Below, in pieces: positions 55,717 to 64,000 of a stretch of 64,000 nucleotides of DNA. The translations under genes were made by a program, and so were the position numbers. Position 1 is the first letter of the stretch, and each line of letters starts with the position of its first letter. The stretch covers positions 2,752,001-2,816,000 of the forward strand of contig OZ244852.1 in the NCBI GenBank assembly GCA_965220965.1. Reading direction: 5' to 3'. The notes beneath the pieces are model-generated. The model did no database searches. It saw only the letters and a program-made list of their open reading frames with translations, and was not told the origin of the DNA. This DNA is from Candidatus Marinacidobacterium sp. GTDB taxonomy: Bacteria; Acidobacteriota; Vicinamibacteria; Marinacidobacterales; Marinacidobacteraceae.

Positions 55717-57039
55717 ATGTTCAGGCGAAACCACGGAATCGCCCTTGCCCTGCTCCTCCTCGCGGAGCCGGCGCTCGCGCAGGAATCGGGGGGTCCCCTC
55801 GCCAGCGTCGCCGGGCTGGACACGATGTTCGTCCTCTTCTCGGCGTTCCTCGTGTTCCTCATGCAGGCGGGGTTCGGGATGCTCGAGGCGGGGTTCATCC
55901 GCGCCAAGAACACCTGCAACATCCTCACGAAGAACTTCCTCGACTACTGCATGGCGTCGCTCGGGTTCTTCGTGTTCGGCTACGCCATCATGTTCTCGGA
56001 TGGGAACCCCTTCTTCGGGACGAGCGGTTTCCTGCTGGTTGGCGCGGAATCGGGGGCCGATGTTCCGCTGTGGGCCTTCTGGCTCTTCCAGGCGGCGTTC
56101 TGCGGCGCGGCCGCGACGATCGTGGCCGGAGGCATGGCGGAGCGGATGCGGTTCCCCGCCTACCTCGCCTACTCGTTCGTCATCTCGTCGTTCGTCTACC
56201 CGGTCGTCGGCCACTGGACCTGGGGGGGCGGCTGGCTCGCCCAGCTCGGTTTCTTCGACTTCGCCGGCTCCACGGTGGTGCATCTGACGGGAGGGGCCAC
56301 CGCGCTCGTGGGCGCCTGGATGCTCGGTCCCCGGCTGGGCCGCTACAACGCCGACGGCTCCCTGAACGCGATCCCCGGACACTCGGTGCCGCTCGCCTCG
56401 CTCGGGGTCTTCATCCTCTGGTTCGGGTGGTTCGGGTTCAACCCGGGTTCGGCGCTCTCGATGGGCGACGGAGAGCTCGTCTCGCTGATCGCGATCAACA
56501 CGAACCTGGCCGCCGCCGCGGCGGCGGTGACGACCACGTTCATCTCGTGGACGCTCTACCACAAGCCCGATCTCTTCTTCACGATGAACGGGGCGCTCGC
56601 CGGACTCGTCGCGATCACCGCCCCCTGCGCGGTCGTGAGCCCGGCGGCGGCGGTCTGGATCGGCATCGCCGCCGGGTTCGTGGTGGTCGCCGGCGAGAAA
56701 CTGCTGAAGATCATCCGGGTGGACGATCCCTGCGGAGCATTCCCGGTCCACGGCCTCTGCGGCATCTGGGGAACGCTCGCGGTGGGGCTGTGGGGACGCG
56801 AGGGGCTGGGGCTCGGCCAGGAGGGACTGTTCTACGGCGGTGGTTTCGAACAGGTCGGGATCCAGGCCCTCGGGGCGATGGCGTCCGGGCTGTTCGTCAT
56901 GCTGTCCATGGGTCTGGTGTTCCTCACGATCAAGTCGGTCATCGGGCTCCGCGTTTCCCGTTCCGAGGAGATTTCGGGCCTCGACGCCCACGAACACGGC
57001 ATGGAGTCCTACCGGGGCTTCCAGATCCTGGGGTCGTGA
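55717..57039 (+). CDS. amt: Ammonium transporter
   Basis: FLMQAGF, FQAAF, AER, HWTWGGGWL, DFAGSTVVH, WFGWFGFN, NGALAGLVAIT, DD..GAFPVHG; AGGAGG SD. Confidence 0.96.
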   Translation: MFRRNHGIALALLLLAEPALAQESGGPLASVAGLDTMFVLFSAFLVFLMQAGFGMLEAGFIRAKNTCNILTKNFLDYCMASLGFFVFGYAIMFSDGNPFFGTSGFLLVGAESGADVPLWAFWLFQAAFCGAAATIVAGGMAERMRFPAYLAYSFVISSFVYPVVGHWTWGGGWLAQLGFFDFAGSTVVHLTGGATALVGAWMLGPRLGRYNADGSLNAIPGHSVPLASLGVFILWFGWFGFNPGSALSMGDGELVSLIAINTNLAAAAAAVTTTFISWTLYHKPDLFFTMNGALAGLVAITAPCAVVSPAAAVWIGIAAGFVVVAGEKLLKIIRVDDPCGAFPVHGLCGIWGTLAVGLWGREGLGLGQEGLFYGGGFEQVGIQALGAMASGLFVMLSMGLVFLTIKSVIGLRVSRSEEISGLDAHEHGMESYRGFQILGS

Positions 57040-57067
57040 CGAAGCCGGTCCGGCGAGGGTTCACTGC

Positions 57068-57409
57068 ATGAAGCTCATCACTGCTCTCATCCAGCCCGAT
57101 GTGCTCCCTCTGGTCCAGGAGGAGCTCTTCGGGGCGCAGGTCCGCAAGTTCTCGATCACCGCCGGCGTGGGCCACGGAACCCAGAAGGGCTACGAGGCCA
57201 CCTTCCGCGGCGTGACGTCGCAGGTGAATATCCTCAAGCGGGTGCGGGTGGACGTCGCCGTGAACGAGGACTACGTGGACCGCACGATCGCCGCGATCCT
57301 GCGGGGCGCCCAGACCGGGGAGGCCGGTGACGGGAAGATCTTCGTGACCGATCTCCACGACTGCATCCGGATCCGCACCGGCGAGCGCGGCTCGCAGGCG
57401 ATCGGCTGA
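57068..57409 (+). CDS. glnK: P-II family nitrogen regulator
   Basis: MKLITALIQP, TGEAGDGKIFV, IRIRTGERG; adjacent to amt. Confidence 0.9.
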   Translation: MKLITALIQPDVLPLVQEELFGAQVRKFSITAGVGHGTQKGYEATFRGVTSQVNILKRVRVDVAVNEDYVDRTIAAILRGAQTGEAGDGKIFVTDLHDCIRIRTGERGSQAIG

Positions 57410-57418
57410 GGGGGCGTC

Positions 57419-58834
57419 GTGTCGCTGCGCAATGTCCGCCGGCTGATCGCCGACCGCGACATCCGGTTCGTGGACTTCCGGTTCACCGACCTCCTCGGCG
57501 GCTGGCGGCACATCAGCTACGCCATCAGCGCCTTCGAGGAAGAGATGTTCGTCGACGGCATCGGGTTCGACGGGTCCTCGGTGCGGGGCTTTCAGGGCCT
57601 CGAGAACAGCGACATGCTGCTCCGGCCCGACCCCGAGACCGCGTTCGTGGACCCGTTCTGCGCCGAGCCCACCCTCGCCTTCATCTGCAACGTGAAGGAC
57701 CCGGTGGACCTGAGCCTCTACTCGCGGGACCCCCGGAACATCGTCGAAAAGGCCACGCGCTACCTCGAGGCGTCGGCGCTCGCCGACACCTGCTATTTCG
57801 GACCCGAGGCCGAGTTCTACATCTTCGACGACGTGCGGTTCGACCAGACCGTGAACGAGGCCTTCTACCGGGTGGACGCCGCGTCGGGCGCCTGGAACAG
57901 CGGGCGTGTCGAGGAGCCGAACCTCGGCCACAAGCCCGGCCTGAAGCAGGCCTACTTCCGGATGCCGCCGACGGATCCTTACCAGGACGTGCGGTCCACG
58001 ATGGTCACGAACCTGCTCGATTGCGGCGTGGAGGCCGAACTCCACCACCTCGAGGTGGGAAGCGGCGGCCAGTGCGAGATCGGCATCAAGTACGGGCGCA
58101 TGCTCCACATGGCCGATGCGCTCATGAAGTTCAAGTACATCGTGCGGAACACCGCGTTCAAGCACGGCCGGACCGCGACCTTCATGCCGAAGCCGCTGTT
58201 CGGCGACAACGGCTCCGGGATGCACTGCCACGTCAGCCTGTGGAAGAAGGGCGAGAACCTCTTCTACGACGCGAACGGCTACGCCGGGCTGAGCGACATG
58301 GGTCGCTGGTTCATCGGCGGGATCCTCCACCACGCCGGGTCGCTGCTCGCCTTCACCTGTCCCACCGCGAACTCCTACCGCCGGCTGGTGCCCGGGTTCG
58401 AGGCCCCGGTGAAGCTCGTCTACTCCGAGCGGAACCGCTCCGCCGCGGTGCGCATCCCGATGTACTCGGCGAGCCCGGCGGCGAAGCGCGTCGAGTTCCG
58501 CTGTCCCGATCCGAGCGCCAACCCCTATCTCGCCTTTGCGGCGATCCTGATGGCGGGCCTCGACGGGGTCCGGCGGCAGACCGAACCGCCTCCGCCAGTC
58601 AATGTCGACATCTATGAGATGCCCGAGGAGGAGCAGCGGAAGATCGGGGACACCCCCCCGACGCTGAAGGCCGCGCTCATCGCCCTCGAGGAGGACCACG
58701 ACTACCTGATGGAGGGAGGGGTGTTCACCCCCGATGTCGTGGAGATGTGGGTGCGGTACAAGCGGGCCAACGAACTCGCCTATATGGACCAGCGCCCCCA
58801 CCCGGCGGAGTTCGCCCTTTACTACGACTGCTGA
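57419..58834 (+). CDS. glnA: Glutamine synthetase type I
   Basis: FDGSS, FGPEAEF, HHLEV, ATFMPKP, NGSGMHCH, NSYRRLVPGFEAP, NRSA, EFRCPD, DIYE adenylylation-site Tyr. Confidence 0.97.
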   Translation: MSLRNVRRLIADRDIRFVDFRFTDLLGGWRHISYAISAFEEEMFVDGIGFDGSSVRGFQGLENSDMLLRPDPETAFVDPFCAEPTLAFICNVKDPVDLSLYSRDPRNIVEKATRYLEASALADTCYFGPEAEFYIFDDVRFDQTVNEAFYRVDAASGAWNSGRVEEPNLGHKPGLKQAYFRMPPTDPYQDVRSTMVTNLLDCGVEAELHHLEVGSGGQCEIGIKYGRMLHMADALMKFKYIVRNTAFKHGRTATFMPKPLFGDNGSGMHCHVSLWKKGENLFYDANGYAGLSDMGRWFIGGILHHAGSLLAFTCPTANSYRRLVPGFEAPVKLVYSERNRSAAVRIPMYSASPAAKRVEFRCPDPSANPYLAFAAILMAGLDGVRRQTEPPPPVNVDIYEMPEEEQRKIGDTPPTLKAALIALEEDHDYLMEGGVFTPDVVEMWVRYKRANELAYMDQRPHPAEFALYYDC

Positions 58835-58846
58835 GGAGATCGCTCG

Positions 58847-60097
58847 ATGACTCCAGGAACCATCGGAATCGGCATCGCTCTGGGAGCGGTCGCCATCATG
58901 GCGATCCTCGTCTTCATCCGGACCCACGTGGTCGTCTGCGCTCCGAACGAGGCGGTGATTTTCTCCGGACGCAAGGGCCGGTTCCGCATCATGCGAGGCG
59001 GCCGCGGCTTCCGGCGTCCGCTCATCGAGACCGTCTCCCGGATCTCGCTCAACACGATCCCGATCGAGGTGAAGGTCGGCAAGGCCCTGTCGAAGGGCAT
59101 GATCACCATGAGCGTCGAGGCGATGGCGACGGTCAAGATCTCCGGCGACGAGGAAGGCGGGCTCCAGAACGCCGTCGAGCGGTTCCTCGGCAAGAGCCCC
59201 CACGAGATCCAGACGGTGGCGCGCCAGACGCTCGAGGGAAGCCTGCGCGGCGTCCTCGCCACCCGGACCCCCGAGGAGGCGAACGCCCAGCGGCTCCAGC
59301 TCGCGCAGGACGCTTCCGGCTCCGCCCGCGACGACTTCGAGCGGCTGGGCCTGGTCCTGGACACGCTCCAGATCCAGCACCTCTCCGACTCCGAGGGCTA
59401 CCTCGAAGCGATCGGGCGGAAGCAGAGCGCCCTCGTCCGTCGCGACGCCAAGATGACCGAGGCGCGGGCCGAGGCCGAGGCCCGTGACGTGGCGGCCCAG
59501 GCGAAGCAGGCCGCCGTCGTGGCGGAGACCAGCGCCGAGCAGGAGATCGTGGACGCCGAGCACGGCGTGCGGATGCGCCGCGCCGAACGCGCCGCCGTCG
59601 CGAACCGGGCGGAGGAAGTGGCCGAGGTCTCGCGGGCGATCTCCCGCGCCGAGCAGGAGCGCGCGCTCGAAGAGATCCGGGTGGAGCGGAACCGCCTCCG
59701 CGAGCAGGCGGACACCGTGGTTCCGGCGGAGGCCGCCCGCGAGGCGGCGGGCCTCACCGCCGCCGGCAAGGCCGCCAAGATCCGCGAGAACGGCAAGGCG
59801 ACCGCCGCCGCGCTCGCCGAGATCAAGGGCCAGTGGACCGACGAGGAGACCCGGGAGATCATGCTCATGCAGATGCTCCCCCACCTGGTCGACAAGGTGA
59901 CCCAGGTGCTCCAGGGCAACCTGCACGTCGAGCGCCTCACCGTCGTGGACTCGGGAGATGGCGGCGCGCTGCCGAACCACGTGCGCGGCCTCACCGGATC
60001 CATCGCCGCGTTCTTCGAGCAGCTCAAGACGTCGACCGGCGTGGACGTCCCCGCCCTCCTCAGCGGCCAGCAGAAGAAGGACGGCGCCGACAACTGA
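58847..60097 (+). CDS. Flotillin/SPFH domain protein
   Basis: N-terminal TM, PNEAVIFSG, AVERFLG, LEGSLRGVLA..TPEE, GYLEAIG, AEA-rich coiled coil. Confidence 0.9.
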   Translation: MTPGTIGIGIALGAVAIMAILVFIRTHVVVCAPNEAVIFSGRKGRFRIMRGGRGFRRPLIETVSRISLNTIPIEVKVGKALSKGMITMSVEAMATVKISGDEEGGLQNAVERFLGKSPHEIQTVARQTLEGSLRGVLATRTPEEANAQRLQLAQDASGSARDDFERLGLVLDTLQIQHLSDSEGYLEAIGRKQSALVRRDAKMTEARAEAEARDVAAQAKQAAVVAETSAEQEIVDAEHGVRMRRAERAAVANRAEEVAEVSRAISRAEQERALEEIRVERNRLREQADTVVPAEAAREAAGLTAAGKAAKIRENGKATAAALAEIKGQWTDEETREIMLMQMLPHLVDKVTQVLQGNLHVERLTVVDSGDGGALPNHVRGLTGSIAAFFEQLKTSTGVDVPALLSGQQKKDGADN

Positions 60098-60136
60098 CGC
60101 GCCGCCGGGCGCGACGCCGACCGTCAGGACCGCCGA

Positions 60137-60880
60137 CTAAGGCCGGTGGGCCGCCTTCTTCAGGCCTGAACGGAGTTCTTCCTCGTCAGCGAGGAACGCC
60201 GAGGACAGCACCGCGTTCGCCGGGTCCAGCCGGTAGAGCAGCGGGATCCCGGTGGGGAGGTTCCGCTGGCGGATCGCTTCCGGCGTCAGGCCCTCGAGGT
60301 GCATGACGAGCGCCCGGAGGCTGTTCCCGTGCGCCGCGACCAGCACCGGTCCGGCGGCGAGGTCCGGCGCGATGGACGCGGTCCAGTAGGGGACGACGCG
60401 CTCCAGCGTGTCGGCCAGCGATTCGCCCCGGGGCAGGCGTTCCGGGGGCGCGTTCGCGTAACGGGGATCGCGCTTCGGGTTCCTCGGGTCGTCCTCGGGG
60501 ACGAGGGGGGGCCGGTCGTTGAAGCCGCGCCGCCAGGCGAGCGTCTGTTCCGCCCCGAACTCCCGCTCGGCCTCCGCCTTGTCGCGGCCCTGGAGCGCCC
60601 CGTAGTGGCGTTCGTTGAGCTCCCAGGCGCGTCGCGCCGGGACGCCCTCCCAACCGGCCGCGGCCGCCGCCTCGGTCAGGGTGTCCTGGGCCCGGGCGAG
60701 CATCGAGGTGTGCGCGACCCCCGGTCGGAAGCCGGCCTCCAGCAGTGCGAGGCCGGCGCGCTTCGCCTGCTGGCGCCCGGTGTCCGTCAGGGGAACGTCG
60801 GTCCAGCCGGTGAACCGGTTCTGGAGGTTCCACAGGCTCTCGCCGTGGCGCAGCAGCGCGAGCAGCCGCGGGGACGGCAT
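60137..60880 (-). CDS. gpmA: 2,3-bisphosphoglycerate-dependent phosphoglycerate mutase
   Basis: LRHGESLWN..NRFTGW, LNERHYGALQG, WRR, AHGNSLR, PTG. Confidence 0.95.
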   Translation of the reverse strand: MPSPRLLALLRHGESLWNLQNRFTGWTDVPLTDTGRQQAKRAGLALLEAGFRPGVAHTSMLARAQDTLTEAAAAAGWEGVPARRAWELNERHYGALQGRDKAEAEREFGAEQTLAWRRGFNDRPPLVPEDDPRNPKRDPRYANAPPERLPRGESLADTLERVVPYWTASIAPDLAAGPVLVAAHGNSLRALVMHLEGLTPEAIRQRNLPTGIPLLYRLDPANAVLSSAFLADEEELRSGLKKAAHRP

Positions 60881-60903
60881 GAGCGTCGTAGCCGACCTGG
60901 CGG

Positions 60904-62565
<1,662 letters not shown>

Positions 62566-62763
62566 CTCGCGCGCCCGCTCCGGGCGCGGAGCGCGGACGC
62601 GGCGACGGAACGTCCCACCGCTCGGGGCTCGCTCCGCCGCGATGCGGGGGTGTGCTGCTGGGAGCCCCGAGGGCCCCGGAAGGACCTGCTCCGGTCCCTC
62701 CGGCGCGATTCTAGCTAGCGATCGCGCGCCCGCAAGCCGCTCTCCGGCGGTCCCGTCCCGGCC

Positions 62764-63564
62764 TCAGTCCGTTGGCCCGGAAGCCGCTTCCGCCGGCAGC
62801 CCGGAGGCCACGGCGCCGCGCACCTCGTCGATGAGCCGCCGGATGGCGACGCGGTCCCGCTCCTCCACCCCGGCGGTCTCGACCTGGTCGTGGTAGCGGA
62901 CGCGCACCCGGCCCGGGTAGACGAGGCGGCTCCCCGGCGGAAGGATCTCGCGCGCTCCCCGGACGCTGATCGGGACCACCGGGACCCCGGCGCGGGCCGC
63001 GATGCGGAAGCCCCCGGAACGGAAGCGCCCCAGCCTTCCGGTGCGGCTCCGGGTGCCTTCGGGGGCGATCACCAGCGAGTGCCCGTCCCGGATGCGCGTC
63101 GTCAGCGCATCGAGGCTCCGGCGCGCTGACCGGGCGCTGCCCCGGTCCACCGCGGTGAAGCCCACCGCCCGGAACCCCCAGCCGACGAGCGGCCAGCGGA
63201 ACGCCTCCGCCTTGATCAGCGTGCCGTTCGCGCCGGGAAGCACATAGAGCACGACCGGCATGTCGACCAGCGACTCGTGGTTCGGCATGTAGATCCGCGT
63301 CGCCACCGGTTCGATCCGTCGCCGGTCCTCTTCCTCCACCCGGATCCCGCCGATGCGGAAGCACGCCCCGCAGATGGCGCGTCCGATCTCGTAGCCGAAC
63401 TGGCGACGTCCGCTCGCTAGGTTCGCCAGCGGAATCAGCGCCAGCCCCACCAGGAGCATCGGGGGCAGCGCGAAGGCGATGCCCAGTGTTCCGAGGACCG
63501 CCCGCGCGTGCTGCGGCCAGCCGCGCCGCCGTCCGGGCGCCGGGGGATCCGCTGCGGATTCCAA
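62764..63564 (-). CDS. Lysophospholipid acyltransferase (PlsC-like)
   Basis: NHESLVD, VDR, APEGTRS, VPVVP. Confidence 0.9.
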   Translation of the reverse strand: MESAADPPAPGRRRGWPQHARAVLGTLGIAFALPPMLLVGLALIPLANLASGRRQFGYEIGRAICGACFRIGGIRVEEEDRRRIEPVATRIYMPNHESLVDMPVVLYVLPGANGTLIKAEAFRWPLVGWGFRAVGFTAVDRGSARSARRSLDALTTRIRDGHSLVIAPEGTRSRTGRLGRFRSGGFRIAARAGVPVVPISVRGAREILPPGSRLVYPGRVRVRYHDQVETAGVEERDRVAIRRLIDEVRGAVASGLPAEAASGPTD

Positions 63565-63600
63565 CGGTGGGATGTCAGCCGGACGAACGCCCGGCGCGCG

Positions 63601-64000
63601 TCAGTAGCGCTGGATCGAGATCGTCACCGGCCGACGCTGCCGGTCGCCGCGGATCGCCCGCCGCCGCTTGATCGGCCGCGACGGGGTGACCGAGGTGGCG
63701 GGGGAGTGGTTCGCATCGGCCGTCTCGCGCACCTCGCCGTCGATGCCGTTCCGGCTGCGGCGGAGCGCCTCCACGACCTTGCGCTCCACGTCTTCGGGGA
63801 GCTCGTCGGCGACCTCGGCGAGTTCGGTCACGGTCAACTGGTGGGCCCGGTCGAGCATGCGCTTCTCGCGGAAGGACAGCGTCTTGCGCTCGCTGAGATA
63901 GAAGAGCCCCTTCAGCACGCCCGCGACCTCGACCGGCGAACCGCTCTTCATCCGGTCGGAGTTGTCCTTGTAGCGGGCCTTCCAGTTGAGGTTCTCGTTG
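63601..64000 (-). CDS. carD: CarD family transcriptional regulator (5' end beyond window)
   Basis: NWKARYKDNSDRMKSGSPVEVAGVLKGL...LSFREKRMLDRA...ELA. Confidence 0.88.
   Translation of the reverse strand, partial: NENLNWKARYKDNSDRMKSGSPVEVAGVLKGLFYLSERKTLSFREKRMLDRAHQLTVTELAEVADELPEDVERKVVEALRRSRNGIDGEVRETADANHSPATSVTPSRPIKRRRAIRGDRQRRPVTISIQRY

Overview
High-GC bacterial chromosome segment; the gene content suggests Acidobacteriota, but that is inference. About 48 genuine CDSs are present; most long entries in the ORF track are GC-rich shadow ORFs. Housekeeping genes: tsaD, dnaX-ybaB-recR, slt, amt-glnK-glnA, gpmA, pckA, plsC-like, carD, tRNA-Ser(GGA), tRNA-Asn(GTT) and tmRNA (tag ANDHQLALAA). 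Transport: OPT, DUF3526 ABC, Gld-type ABC, tripartite RND, YrbG, a porin and a TonB receptor. Catabolic/redox modules: a translationally coupled dehydrogenase-deacylase-DUF819-SDR-double aminotransferase operon, Rieske plus GcvT-like, and cytochrome c plus PQQ dehydrogenase plus beta-propeller. Highlights: (1) a secreted HxH/CxxC leader peptide ending in an RGPP arrest-type motif ahead of the DUF3526 ABC operon, a candidate metal-sensing ribosome-stalling switch; (2) a RuBisCO-like protein with a KDDQ motif running off the left edge and missed by the ORF track; (3) two copies of a small MITE, one carrying three nested 20-bp modules and apparently truncating the partner gene of an ImmA/IrrE protease; (4) an OprC-like TonB receptor frameshifted in a G7 tract and lacking the Cu-binding Cys; (5) a tRNA-Ser with C33, a DnaX with an N-terminal Pro/Ala/Glu tail, a P-II lacking Tyr51, and a flotillin gene appended to the nitrogen operon. 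No CRISPR array or intact prophage was seen.
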